NCBI RefSeq assembly: GCF_001186125.1
Contig: NW_014040456.1
Span: forward strand, 91,664 to 139,284
Reading direction: 5' to 3'
Origin: Sphaeroforma arctica JP610
Taxonomy: Eukaryota
Length of the DNA stretch: 47,621 bases
In this document: positions 1 to 13,044 of the stretch, piece after piece
How positions within the stretch are numbered: position 1 is the first letter of the stretch
Layout: each line of letters begins with the position of its first letter
Translations under genes and position numbers: made by a program
Notes under the pieces: generated by a model
Databases searched by the model: none
The model's input: only the letters and a program-made list of their open reading frames with translations
Told to the model about the DNA's origin: nothing

Positions 1-31
<31 letters not shown>
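1..31. repeat. (TA)n microsatellite
   Basis: Pure TA dinucleotide run at the start of the window. Confidence 0.95.
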
Positions 32-33
<2 letters not shown>

Positions 34-844
34 TAATATATATTTATATATATTCGGTATGCTCATATCGACATTGGTCTGTTTGTCCGTGTTGTACTGA
101 TTGTGCCATCTGCCGGCGTGTGCACTATAGTCTGCTGTCCTGTCAACAGGCTTCGTGACTCAAACACGGCCTACCGTCCCTTTGGACTGTCTTGCCTGGC
201 GAGTGTCGCATGTATTGGTATGCATTACATTATTGCATCTGTATTGCAGTGCTCTCCCTGAGAAGTCCTTAGGAACAGTGATTCGCCACATTACGCGTGC
301 AATGTTGTCTTTACCTGCCCAATTAGTGGACTGTATGTTCGATGATATGGCACATATCCGTCCCGATCTCGCTCATGCAACGAGAGGTGTGATAGCAACC
401 TGATAGCTGAACAGTGGGTGGGGTACAACTCATGACCTTTCAGTATGTTTTGCGGTGAAGGCTGATGCTCAGTATGGCGAATGGTAAGGCCCCTATGTAC
501 CGTCCGGCATTCATGGTTTCTAGAGTGTCCGGCTGCGTGTGATTCAAATTTTGCCCACTGTTGTGGAATCCGAAGGTTATAGCTACTTAAGCACTAGATG
601 ATGTCACATCTACGAGACAATTTGTATACATGTTGAGCCATTTCAAATGAACATTATGTAATTGGGCATACTTCACCCCTCAACTGCTAATTTGGGCTTA
701 TTCAAGGCAATACAAACAACCCTCGTAAGATAAAGATGTAGCCACAATTAGTAAGTCTTATTTTTTTAATTCGTCTGTATCCCCTACTACGCTTATATTT
801 TCCTCCACTTACTGGATCTATACCCCCATTATTCTCATTAGCAG

Positions 845-2163
845 GGATAGCAGCAGGCCTGCCTGAGACCGACCTCGACCGCCGCCTAAGCAGTTCAACC
901 GTGAACAGTAACCATAGCAACCCTAACCAACCATATGCTGCCGGTCCCATCATGCCTGATCTAGACTCCAACCTGGCTCTGTCTATGGGTCTTGGTGTGG
1001 GTGCAAACCTCGGGCTGGACACGGATATGGGCCTGGCGGCTACCGGCTTGGGAGTGGGGGGTAACTTGGGGCGTGATAGTGGCTTGAATGTTGACCAGGG
1101 TGTAGAAGCCTTGGCTGTAGATCCCACAAACCTGCACGTGGGCGGCTTTGGAGGGTTCCTTGACATGGGGAATGCGGACTGGCAGAGTGATTTCCTGCGG
1201 TCGTATACCACCGGCGCTAACGATCTATTGGCGAACGGACTCGCGAGCACGCACTTACCTTCGGGATTGAGTACTCAAGCTGACTTGGCCCTCGGCCCAG
1301 GTGCAATGGGAGAGGTGCAGGGCAACGAACCCTCTCTCCTGGCCAACCTAAATGATATCGATGCCAACACCCTGGCGAATTTGAATCTGCCAGACTTGGA
1401 CTTCCAGTCCCTCGCGACAGGCTTCCCGCCGCTTGATCTAGGGTCAAACAACAACGGCTTGGACGGACCTCTTGCCTTGAATCTGCCGTTAAACGTGGAT
1501 GGGGATGTGGGCGGTCTCACTGGGGTCGTTCCGAATGCCATCCAACCCACAGAAGCGATGGAAAACGCCGCACGGATAAGCGCTATGATACAACAACAGC
1601 ACATGTCGCAGCAGATGGCTTTGCTGAATGACTTGAACGCGCACACAAACCCCTCAGTGGGTGTAGGGTTAAGTACAATGGGCATGGGGAACCTTCATGC
1701 ACAGCCAGCACTGAGTGAGGCCGATACGGCCCTGTACCTACACAGAGATGCTAGTACACGCACACAAATGGGAGGTCAACCAGATCAGACGCATGCAGAT
1801 GAGAGCGATCCAGGCACGAAGCATTCAGTGGGGAGTGATCCTCAAGTGTTCCGCACACCAACACATCAACAGATACTACTACGGTCACCGCTACAGCAGC
1901 CACCGCAAGTACACCCGTCGCAGGCTACGAACCAGGTAACCCAAATGCACGCATCGTTTGGCCTGGCCCAAACCACGGACTATGGACTCACGCAGCCTCC
2001 GTTGAATCAGCGTACACCACAAGGACCACACACAGCAGGACATACCGAGACATGGGGGGGGGGGACAGGCACACACGCACAGCAGCGCAGATACACACGC
2101 ACGCGGACAGACAGCACACACTCAGAGCCCCGCACAGACCCCGGAAAGAATACCTGCTCGTGA
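845..2163 (+). CDS. Hypothetical low-complexity protein (G/L/N/D-rich then Q/H/T-rich), probably the last exon of a gene starting upstream
   Basis: 420-codon ORF, GC-richer than its flanks. It is preceded by a pyrimidine-rich tract and tandem AG acceptors (ttctcattagcag, ending at 841/844) in frame with the ORF. No recognisable domain. The C-terminus is uncertain because of the G11 run at 2054-2064. Confidence 0.6.
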
Positions 2164-2964
2164 TATCGAGCCGTCCACCAACTCGCCAGCGGATGGTGGG
2201 AAGGTTGACGAGGCACCGACACCCCCGCTCAGGTAGCCACACTAGACCGAGTGTTGGGTCTGTGTAGTGTGTACTTACTTGCCTGGCGCTGGTGAAAGTA
2301 AATGCTTAATATACGTGACTCGGCTAACCGGCTAGCGCTGTTTGACTTGATTTTTTATCTGGATTCATTGCTAGACCTCAATACTAACCGCAAACTAATG
2401 TCTGTTTTTTGCGCGTGTTCTTTTGAAGCAGCTCTATCAACATGCATCTAGTATATGAAGTATACGTAATTGACCATTCCGAGGTCCCCTGTAGATACCG
2501 TGAACTCTCATTTTCTTGTTCACGTGCCAGTAACATAATTGGATTCGCCAGCAATTGGTAGTGATGTATTCTATTCAGCCGATCGTACATCATTACTGTT
2601 CTAACCTTGGGAGAGCATGTACATACAGAACCCCGACATGATTTTGGGGATTAAACTGCGTAGTTTTCACGGACTTAACTGCCAAATCTTCTCGTACAAT
2701 ATCGTACATACATTCCCAGCACATCGAGATGTGTCATTGACATGTCTATTTTCATGGCTCTGTGACATGTTCATGACAACAGCAATAACAAAGGGCAATT
2801 GCATAATCACGTGATACTGATTTGTACTAACAATGAGAATGAAAACATCTGTTCTCTGAAGAATGTTTTAAAAACATAGTAACGAAGCAAGGTCATTGGT
2901 TTTAGATGACTTGGATTTAATAGGTTGAAAACCAGCATAAGTTGAGTTAACCAGCAGGAGGCAT

Positions 2965-4972
2965 TTAGACCTTGAATCCACGACTCTGACGACGACCACG
3001 AGCTTTCTGTAATGAGACAGGTGTATAAAATTGTGTGAACAAATGATATTACCAGAACATTTCAAAGATATAATAAACAAACAGGACTCGAGAAACTTGT
3101 AGTAATTACATGGTTAAGCGGGGGTCTTACGTCCCATTCGATAACACGGACCAAGTAAGTATCATCATTGTCCTAAATATCTCCTCAAATTGAATACGAA
3201 AGCATCTCAATACAACACCGAAACCACCACAAATATAGTATCAAGAATTCTCACCTCGAACTTGCGTCCCTTTGAGCGAACGTAAGGCTTGGCGTGCGAG
3301 TGAGGTACACCGGGAGCTCCGAAATGCTTGACAGCCTCACGGCTTTTGCGGGGTCCACGGAGAAGCACAGTGTTGGTGCCGGTGGGGGCACGCATGGCGA
3401 GCTGATCGAAAGTTATGCACTCACCTCCGGCCTACAAAGAAAATAAACAAAGAACAGGACAGCGTGAATATACCATCAAATTGAACATTAAACTGCACGT
3501 GCACATACATTGTAGGAATAAGCCGACACAAGGCGGTGACGCAGTGCATACTAAAAAAAGGCTCAGAGACTTGTATTGATTACATGGTTAAGCGGGGGTC
3601 TTACGTCCCATTCGATAACACGGACCAAGTAAGTATCATCACAGCCACCATAGCATATCACAAATTGTTTGAGTTGTACTGTCCAGCAGAACAAGCATAC
3701 TTAGACCAGCTATGCTGCAAGCGCGCACAAGATATCAGAATAATAAAACACATACCTTGACGATACGAACACGGGCATCAGCAGTGAAACGCAGAGCGCA
3801 CACAGTCATCTTGGGAATGGTCTCGATACGGCTATCGCCAGTAACGGTTCCTACAATGACGGCGGTCTTCTCCTCTTTTCCCTTCATGAAGCGTGTGAGC
3901 TTCGACACAGATAGAGGGGCTCGGTTTACACGACTCATATACAGACGCTTGAGGATGGTCTTATTGAAGTCGGAGTCCGTGCGACGGGACAAAAACCGAT
4001 ACAACTTCACCAAGAGAAGAATGTAAACATTCTCCGACTTGGGAGCCAAGCGGTTGTTCTTCTTCAAGTGTCTGTGGTCTAGATCAATTCCCTGTTAAGT
4101 AAGAGTTTGGATTATCGGATTAACATACATGACAAATACGCGCAATCTGTTTACAAGGTAAGCAGATCACTAAACGTACGTCCATGTAGAGGTCTCCCCC
4201 GCCAATTAACCACTTTGCGACTAAGCAAGAACGTGATCCTCTACATCTTTGATTTCAAACGACTCGTTTTAGATCAAGAATGAGATGCGAACAGAGGTTT
4301 CAAGCAGCGCGATACACAGTGCAGTGTGTATAAAGTGGTGGCTTCCGTGCATGTCTGAAGTAAGTAGAATGTGCGTATGGAACACGCATGTGAATAAACT
4401 GCTTCTCGGGAACCAGCACATTTGATTGACTTCCGAGATTGCTAGACATGCATTGCATTGCATTGCATCGCACTCGTTAGCCTGGTTTGAGCATATTTAC
4501 TACCAAACGATTACTTCCGCATGTTTTCGCTTTCACTAGTTCAGTACACTGGGGTCGAGAGCTCGCATAGATTGTAAGCAAGACAAGAGAAATGAAGACT
4601 AAAGAAGCATGGTACAACAACTTGTCGTTGCGTGGAGTGAATCGACATCAAACGAATTGAAGACATATTCATATAGCAACCTTCACCTCACAGAGAATTT
4701 AAAATCAACATGCCAAATTGTAGCGCGGTATCACAGTCAGCTACATTTCTATACTATACGTAATTCTACACGGCATGCATATTATTCTGCAATAACGCCG
4801 TACAATCGGGTGGCAAGAACCTACAGCAAATAAACCGACTAACATAGTAGTTTTAGGGTGCTTCTTACTTATGAATATACTTAACGTTAAACACTACTGT
4901 ATAATCAAACATAAATCCAACCGTACACGTACACAATGAATAAACGAGTAATGCGGACTTCTGGCGTACCAT
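2965..4972 (-). CDS. RPL18: 60S ribosomal protein L18 (eL18); exons complement(4970-4972, 3756-4091, 3255-3431, 2965-3006), 185 aa
   Basis: Spliced translation [45 protein letters not shown]...[79 protein letters not shown] matches eL18. All three introns are GT-AG, phase 0. The ATG-only first exon (caccATG|gtacgc) is the least certain part. Confidence 0.95.
3083..3174 (-). ncRNA. Box C/D snoRNA, U18/SNORD18-like (RPL18 intron 3 copy)
   Basis: Minus strand: terminal stem AGGAC/GTCCT, box C ATGATGA, guide CTTGGTCCGTGTT complementary to the conserved LSU rRNA segment AACACGGACCAAG, variant D box (TCGA). Confidence 0.8.
3560..3646 (-). ncRNA. Box C/D snoRNA, U18/SNORD18-like (RPL18 intron 2 copy)
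   Basis: Minus strand: terminal stem GGCT/AGCC, box C GTGATGA, same guide CTTGGTCCGTGTT, canonical box D CTGA. About 60 nt of the core is identical to the intron 3 copy. Confidence 0.85.
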
Positions 4973-5000
4973 GGTGAATAGAGTGGAGTGCCAAAAGGTC
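4973..5000 (-). promoter_or_regulatory. Putative RPL18 5' UTR with TOP-like pyrimidine start
   Basis: Minus strand reads gaCCTTTTggcactccactctattcaccATG, a short pyrimidine-rich leader typical of ribosomal protein mRNAs. Confidence 0.5.
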
Positions 5001-5299
5001 TTGTACCGTTCTTGTTGATTCGGATTTATACCCTCTAAAACTTAGCTGTCCGTTTTGAAATGTATCTATTTTTAATTTCCATGTGTACCCGCAATCTACT
5101 GTAAAATGCGAGCTTGTTGAGTCTCGACTCTCGACTCTTGAGATGCCGACATGCCGTACGTCCGTGACTCTATGAGGCATGAGGGCGAGGGCCGAGGGAC
5201 CGAGGCCTGCCCAGCTGCCCTGGTTGCAAATTGGAGACAAGTCGTACTTTATTACACAGCCTCTTTTAGTCTTCTTGTGTAGAGGCCTGGACTATTGAT

Positions 5300-5327
5300 T
5301 TTGGACTTTGGACTTTGGACTTTGGAC
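5300..5327. repeat. (TTTGGAC)x4 tandem repeat
   Basis: Directly visible heptamer repeat upstream of RPL18. Confidence 0.85.
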
Positions 5328-6167
5328 TCCAGTTTGATCTTTAAAGTTTGGAGTCTCTACTCCCTACTTTTCTCAGGAGGTGAGATTTGAGAAAGAGAGA
5401 GAGAGAGAATGAGATTGAGAGACAGAGCCTGAGAGAGTCTGAGCCTCTGAGGCCTGACAGCTCTCCCTCAAGAAGTCTCACACACACAACAAGAACTCCG
5501 AAGAAGAGCGAGAATCTAAAAATAAAGAGAGAGAGAGAGAGAGAAAGCATGTCAGCAACTCAGCACTCAGCACTCAGACTCGAATCAGATGTCTGCGAAC
5601 AATATTTTAATAAAAAATAAATAGTATTCTGTTGTTTTTTTTAATATGTTCTTTATTCAAATTGTTTTATATATAAAATAAGAAGTACATGCAAACAGTA
5701 CTTATATAAATATCAAAAATAAGATATTTGTGTAAATATGTATATTTTATGTACATAAATAAATGAATCATAGCCTCCTAAATTGTACAAATGAATACAT
5801 AAATAAATTTTGTATTTTTTTAATAAATACATACATTACTTTGTATTTGTTTACTTTTGTATGTGGTATAAGGTCCTTCGACTTTCCCAAAGTTCGGTCC
5901 TTATTCTCTAAATCCAAAAACGTCCCAAAAATGATTATCACAGCTTTGGCGCCAAAAAATACAAATTCCCAAATTCGGTTTCAGTAGCTTTATTCTTAGG
6001 TTTACCATATAAGCAGTCTTTAGTCCTCTTCGTCCTTATGTTCCTTGTATCCTTAGTGAAAGTCTAAACTCTAACGCTGGACATGGACTCCTTTTATAGT
6101 CCGCCGGGACATATCTCGATCAATTCCCGAACGAACTTGTACTACTAACACTCGTAGTGAGACGGAA

Positions 6168-6482
6168 TGTAGAGTTTGAGAGTAGCTTGCAAGTTACGAC
6201 CAAAGGAAACAATAGACTTCTTCTTCTCAAGTGCGAATCTTACAGCTAGACTCGCATTGAGTCTTTATTTGCGTTTAGTATTTTCTACACTAAACTCAAT
6301 ATTTACTAAAGTGTTTCTCTCACACGCGGGAGTCCCGGTATTATCTACTGGTATTCCCGCTATATTTCTGATCACTCTATCATCAGAAATATTGGATCTT
6401 AGATCCAAAACTCGGTATTTGATAATAATGGATTTTGAGTTTAGGATTGGCTTTTCTGATAATCTGGTCCCTGAATGCTACA
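6168..6482 (-). repeat. Family A LTR (3' LTR of copy 1)
   Basis: TG...CA termini (tgtagag...gctaca). Homologous to 23835-24155, 27506-27825, 42921-43248 and 47188-47531. Confidence 0.9.
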
Positions 6483-7832
6483 GCCCCCCAACTTATGCTT
6501 CTCAGTCTACGTAGGAGTAGAAAGTGACATCTTATAAGACTAGATTGTCTAGAGGTTGGTGTTTTTGTACAGGGAAAAACTTGTCCCTTATGGGGCATAA
6601 GATGAAAATACCTGCCACCATTATCTATTTTATAATATTACTTTTTATATTAATTTGTACTAGATAACAGGAGTACTCTAACACACGCTCATCGGAGTCA
6701 GTCTTGACCTGTGCTCTCGGTTGATCTCAACTCGTCTTAGGAAAACTTATCTAAACGGTGCCTCTCAACCGAGTTTTTATCCTTAACCCTCTGGTGTGTG
6801 GGCAGAGCATGCTTTAAGGTGAAAACGTGGGAGTGTCCTTTGGTGTCGGTGAAACTTGGCTAAGTTCTCCGCCTCGTGCGCTGCCTGTTGCTCACTGATC
6901 GTTTATCTTGTTGTTATTGACGTATTTGACCTGGATTGCCTTTGCTTGCGTTGTAAGAATATCGTAAGAATATCTGGATCTGCGATGTCTGATTCATGTG
7001 TCCAGATACGCTCTTCATCTGCCTATTGTAGTAGGTTGTCCTGGGTTACATCACCTCTTGTGGATCCTCTGTGGTCAAGTATCGAGGAGAATTGAGTCTC
7101 TTCTGGTGGTTGGACTTGGCTGTTGGTAGTGAATTCTTTGAGCTCGCTAGCCTTCTTGGCTAAACCACTTTGTTCATCATTGACCGAGTTAGAATATTCG
7201 GGCGCTTTAGTTCGATCAAGGTTACGGACAAAATACATGTTGCCCTCGCTGCATATTATTTTGTATGGTCCGCCATTTTGTGCTGTTAACTCGTTCAATT
7301 CACCTTGATAGCGAACCATGACAAGGTCCCCTTCCTTTTAGTCTCTTCGATCGTATGCTGCGCGCATCTTCTCTTGATATTGTGCAACGTTATTGTTTAG
7401 TTGTGGCCTGACGGTTTCTTCTACATTTTGCAGTCGTTCTTCCCACGATACTATTGTACTTGGTGCGGTCACTGGCTCATTGCAGTCCGTGAGTTGATTC
7501 TGTCTGCGACCAAAGTATTCGTTAAATCGTTGTGAATTGTACCCTCTTGATGTACGCAGATTGTGGCCCATCTGTAAGAATGGAAGTCGTGAACACCAGT
7601 TATCTGGATTTTGCTCAACGAACTTCCGTAACAGTGGCATGATATCTCTATGTGATCATTCGTTCGCGCCTAAGACTTTAGGTTGATACGGCCGAGAGAC
7701 TAGATGTTGCACTGGCGCTTGTTCAACAACTTTTGAGAGTATGTTGTTAACATATTCAGTGCCATGCTCAGTCTGTATGATTTGTGGTAATCCATGCTCA
7801 CACATAATTGGTACTAGCGTGCATGCTATAAT

Positions 7833-8586
7833 GGTGTAAGATTTGGTCTATCAAGACGATATTAACGCCTTAGAGTAATTAAACGCTTAGGTTAAGTTTA
7901 ATTATTGTGGAATTCGAAGTAAATAAACGAAATGAGTATTTTGGTAGAGTTATGTATGCCTCGTGAAAACAGCAATACTCTGAGGGATTGTGAGGCTGAG
8001 ACATTGCCTATATATAATCCTCTCAGTACTGTTTTCGCCGAAGGGATTTTAGTTAGTGTTTCGTTGTCGCTCTATTAGAAACTATGGTATGTTTCGTTGG
8101 GGCGAATCCGAGAGACTCATAAAAACCTATCTGTAGAAAAAAAGAATAGAAAAAAGAAAAATACTCTTGATGTCCATAGTTAGTGCATTAACCAATAACT
8201 TGCCACTTATCAGAATTGCCGACTTGGCCTTCATCAGACTGGCACATCTGGTTGGCTGAACGGAGGTTAAACTAGGTAACACTAATAGTCCCTAGAAACC
8301 TATATTCGGTTGAGCCATCTCACTACCGAAGTATTCAGATATAAATAGATTTGGAAAGTAAAGATAGTTCTATTAATAGAACTAGACCAAATCTTATGTT
8401 TGGTATTTTACTGGGGCCTTTTAATGGCCTTGTCCAAATATCTGATATGTAAAATGGAAAAGGTATTAATTAATAAAACCGTTAAAAACCATTTAGGAAA
8501 CTTAAGTTCCTTCTACTATAGTGTATGTACTGCTTAAGAGTACGTTTATAACATAGAGTCTAATGTGGAGGCCCGGCTATTACACA
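7833..8586 (-). repeat. Family B 3' LTR
   Basis: Direct repeat of 15668-16436; ends ttacaca, followed on + by ggccccaccc (PPT on minus). Confidence 0.9.
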
Positions 8587-10593
8587 GGCCCCACCCAGCT
8601 TTGAGACCCAGGAGAAGCAAGCTGCTCACTCAAGTTGATTATGGATCAAAAAGCGAGAAAGGAAAAACGGGTCGAAAACATTAAGTAGCATAACATATAC
8701 TTAATGTTTCTCAGGCGGAGAAGTTTAGCGTTCTCGATTACCCTGTGAGTTTTAGACTTAGGTCCAATAGGTCCATGGTGGTCGTCTGGACGTTTCTTAC
8801 GCTTCAGTGTCTTAAGCACATATAAAGGGTGAGCATTAAAGCTCGGGATAAATGCTATAGGCTGGTAAGTTTTAACTTACGTGCCTTCAGACGATGGAAA
8901 CATGCTATCTTTTTCAGCTTGTGACTTATGCAGGCGTTTACGCCATTTTCGATTATAGGCATTTAAATAGTCTTGATTATCGAAAGCATCTAAACTCAAC
9001 TCAGCGATTGTACCCTCTATAAAGCGTATACGATAGTAAGTATAGCCTCCCTTATCCGTTCTCCATATAATGTCTTTAAATTTAGAATGATCAAGAGGGG
9101 CGTTAGAGTCATGTCTTCTTGCGAGGATTATCTCAGTAGTCGGAATCCGACTAGTGCCTATATTTAAAGCACTGGAACCCTTGGGGTTATTAACCTCGTA
9201 GGTTCCACTTTTAACGTCAGCTACAGATAATATATATGGACCTATCCATTTAGATGTTAATACAGAAGCATCGAAATTACGTTGACGGATGTTAACTCTG
9301 TCTCCAACCTGATACTCCACTATATTTTTGGTAGCATTCCATCTCTATTTTGCCTTTTTAATAAGGCAATATTGCGTGTTTCTCGCAAGCAAGGATATAC
9401 AACGTTATAAATACGTTGTACCTTCTCTAACCAAGGTAACTCATGGTGATTAGGTTCGTCCTTGTTAAAAGGTATTTGTAACTCACTATATGTGCCACGA
9501 AAATAGTGAGCGGGTGTTGTACCTGTAACCGAATCAGCACACTCGTTCATCTGTGTTTGTACCCACTTAAGGTGGTACGGCCAATCATCTGCATCATCCG
9601 TTAATGCAGTACGCAAGAAGAACTTAAGTCTTCTATGGCGCGTTTCATTCGCGCCTTGCGTTCGCGGTTTATATGGCACACCCCTTTTATGGCACATGCT
9701 TGATACGAGTACTAACGATTCCATTACGTCATCGCAGAATTCGCTACCGTTATCAGTACACATTATACCTGGCCACCCGTGGTCAGCAAATACTTGGCAA
9801 CATAGTTCTGCCACGGTCTGCGTACTCTTGTCCTTTAACGGATAGAGCAAGTTATACGGTGACGCCACATCAAAGAAGTGGCATACGTAACGGTCGCCTG
9901 TGTGTTCGGACGTGGGCAGGTCAACCAGATCAATGATGACCCTGCGCCATGGAACATCTTCAGTGACACTCTTAAGTGGTGCGAAACCATAGCGCTTGAT
10001 CTGATTGAGATCACAGTCTGTGCATGACTGATATACTCTGTCAACTAAAGTTGACAGCTTAAGGTGCGCGATCCCATTTCACTTAGCATCTTTAAGTGCG
10101 TCTACTACGTTCTGGTGCTTCAGCTTATGGTTTTGCGTCAGCCAAGCAAGAATGTTTTTATCATTCTGCTCCTCCAGAACAAAGGTAGGGTGTTGAGAAT
10201 CCACTTGCGTGGTCTCTAAGTCTGTAGTGTTTCCAGACACCTGTCCTTCTTTTGCATGAGTGTCATAAGTGAGCTCGTGTGCGTTTGATACACCTCACTT
10301 ATTTAATAGTCGCATTACATGTGTATATGCTTCAGGACTATCTTTCATTAATCCCTTTAAAAATAGGGTTTGAAGACTTCGGGCTTGGACTTTATGTTAT
10401 TAAACAGAGTCCTAGCTAGAGACTGATGCTTCTTAACTGTAGTGTCATTAGTAGATTGTATTTCTTGTACACATACTTCAAGTGCTGTGTTGCCTTTTAA
10501 CTGCTTAACGTTCAATTTAGTAGAGAGTGGAATCTCTGATTCTTTGACCTTGGTAAGGAAGGTCTCAGATAGGGTCCATTAGATTGTTCCAAT

Positions 10594-11155
10594 GGGACCT
10601 ATACGACATATTATAGTATATCTCCAGGGCGTCTTCAGGACGGCTCGGGCACCCTGATATAGGAAAGTATATACTTCCCTATCTAAATATATTGGCTTGC
10701 ATTGTATCATGCTTATTAATGTATTGATACATGGATATTTACTCCGTAATGGGCAATACAACGTGATGGTAGCTTTGTGTATATGAACATAATTTAGTAA
10801 TTGGGCAATTAACTGCCAAGGTGGATTAGCCCACGCATTATGTTCGGAGAGGTCTAGTTGAAGGGCATCTACTAAAGGATGATTTAAAGTCCTGTAATTC
10901 TTAAGTTGTGCACTATGATGTGCAGCAAACATGTCAACTGTATGTGGCCCAAATATCTTTTGAGCCAGTTCAAACCACTGGGGTTACATTTCCACGCATT
11001 ATGTTCGGAGAGGTCTAGTTGAAGGGCATCTACTAAAGGATGATTTAAAGTCCTGTAATTCTTAAGTTGTGCACTATGATGTGCAGCAAACATGTCAACT
11101 GTATGTGGCCCAAATATCTTTTGAGCCAGTTCAAACCACTGGGGTTACATTTCCA
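10594..11155 (-). pseudogene. DIRS/Dam-like N6-adenine DNA methyltransferase-type domain, family B
   Basis: GPHTVDMFAAHHSAQLKNY...NAWANPPWQLIAQLL...ATITLYCP...TPWRYTIICRIG. Contains a 161-bp tandem duplication (10831-11152). Confidence 0.8.
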
Positions 11156-12754
11156 CCAGTGGCTAGTAACTCACGTATGGATTTATTAAAGTCCGGTACA
11201 AAGCGTGATAACATATCCGGTAAATGGTTATGTATCCCTGGTGGATGTTTGATATCAAAATGAAACTTTGATAGTGTATCATGCCATCGGCTCAGTAATT
11301 GAGAGTCTGGCTTCATTTCCTTCATATATTGAAGGGACTTCTGATCACGCATCAGCGTAAAAGCTGTTCCGTATAAGTAATCGCGGAAGTGTGTTAAAGC
11401 TGCTACTATGGCTAGTAGCTCTTGCTTCACGGTTGGATAATTGAACTGTGATGCATTCATTGCTCGGCTAAAGGATGTATATACCTAGGTTTATTATCTA
11501 TAACCTGGTATAGTACACCTCCGAGTGCTAAGTCTGATGCGTCCGTTGCTATTTCAAAAGGCACGCCATCGACTGGTCCTTGTACAACAGGGGCTTGTTG
11601 GACTGCGTGCTTGAGCGCTTTAAATGCGTCATCACACTCTTTAGTCCACAAGTCTCCTAGTTTGCCTTTATGACATCTTAAGTGTCCAAAGGGTTTAAGA
11701 TAGTCAGCCAAGTGTGGTACTCCATCTGAAAAGAAGTTTACAAACCAACACATGCTGTTCACATCTCTTCCTGTAGTTGGTGTTCGCCAATCTAACAGGT
11801 GTTCCACCTTACCGAGGTAGATTTTAATACCTTCCCCAGATATACGGTAGCCTAAGAGCTGTATTTCGCTCATGGCGAAGTGACATTTCTTCTCGTTAAT
11901 CTTGAAGTTTTGTTCGTTGAGTCTCTGAAGGACTGGCCTGACTAATGCGGCATGTTCGCCCTTGGTCTTAGAAAAGATGACTATATCATCTATATAGACT
12001 TGCATGTTAGGCATGTCTACAAACATTTCCTACATTACTTGGTGGAAGAATGCTGGTAAGGAGTGCAACCCGAAAGGTGCACCTCTGAACCTGTATTGTT
12101 TACCTTTCCAGGTAAAACTAAAGAACTTACGATGGGGTTCATAAATTTGCATTTGATGATACCCCTGTGTAAGGTCTATGGATGTAAACACCGTAGCACC
12201 TTCCATTCGTCTCAGTAACTCGTTTATACGAGGGAGATGGAAACTATGAGTCGGCAATAACTTATTTATTGGACTCAGATCTAGACATACTCTGACTTTC
12301 TTAAATGTTCTGTCAGAGTTGTGTTGATCAACTGCCAATAATTCAAAGTTAACTGGCGTTTGTTGGTATAACCATTTCTCAACTTGTTCTTTAACGACAA
12401 CTTCGTGTCTCCAAGATACATATTTTCTTGAAGGGTATTTGAGCTTAGTAAAGTCTACCTTGGTTAAATCAAGGCTGACATATCCGTCGTTAAAACGGAA
12501 TTTTGCCCAATCTGTGATTTTTATCTTCTTATTTACTAGAATCAGATCCATGATTTTGTCCGCAAAGCCAGGTATTAATGCCTTGACTGTGTCTGACGGG
12601 GGCTTATATGGTTTCAGACAATTATCGTCTGATTGATCCTTTAATGGATCTATGTTATTTGGAAAACCAGTTACAGTTATACTCAGAGTGAGTAAGTCAC
12701 TCATTCCGACTATTAAGTCGTACTTCTGTGACATCTTAACTATCACAGCTTGGG

Positions 12755-13044
12755 TAGGGATAATATTATTTATTTCAAAAATGGCAAGTATGTATGATAC
12801 AATGTATGAACATATGGTATGGCTCTCATAGTCGCTGTAGTGGTTCAGGAAAGATTGATGGGAAGAAGTGGTCAGTAAATTCCCGTTTGGAGCTTGGGCC
12901 AAATGAGTCGACAATGGAAGATATGTGCTGAGTCAATTCGGGCCGGTGTTGACAAAAAACTGTTACTATCGAATGTTCCATATATTCGCTTGCTGACCTA
13001 CTAAGTAGAGTACCCACCTTTGTGGTACGGATCGGGTCTGCGCC
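12755..13044 (-). mobile_element. 5'-truncated non-LTR retrotransposon 3' end inserted in the family B protease
   Basis: ~290 bp interrupting the protease region. Its first ~100 bp (+ coordinates) match 28560-28661, and its start matches the left end (28987) of the LINE-containing insertion at 28987-30785. Confidence 0.65.

Noticed and set aside
702..2242. Minus-strand ORFs overlapping the 420-aa ORF
   Set aside because: Antisense shadows of a GC-rich coding exon, with no independent coding features.
4180..4185. Alternative RPL18 first exon ATGGAC|GTACGT
   Set aside because: Would give an atypical MDGID start. The ATG|GT at 4970-4972 gives MGID with a better start context and a TOP-like leader. 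Not fully excluded without RNA data.
5341..5620. Short ORFs on both strands
   Set aside because: Produced by (GA)n simple repeats.
12755..12772. I-SceI-like site (TAGGGATAA...)
   Set aside because: Only the first 9 of 18 bases match; better explained as the LINE terminus.
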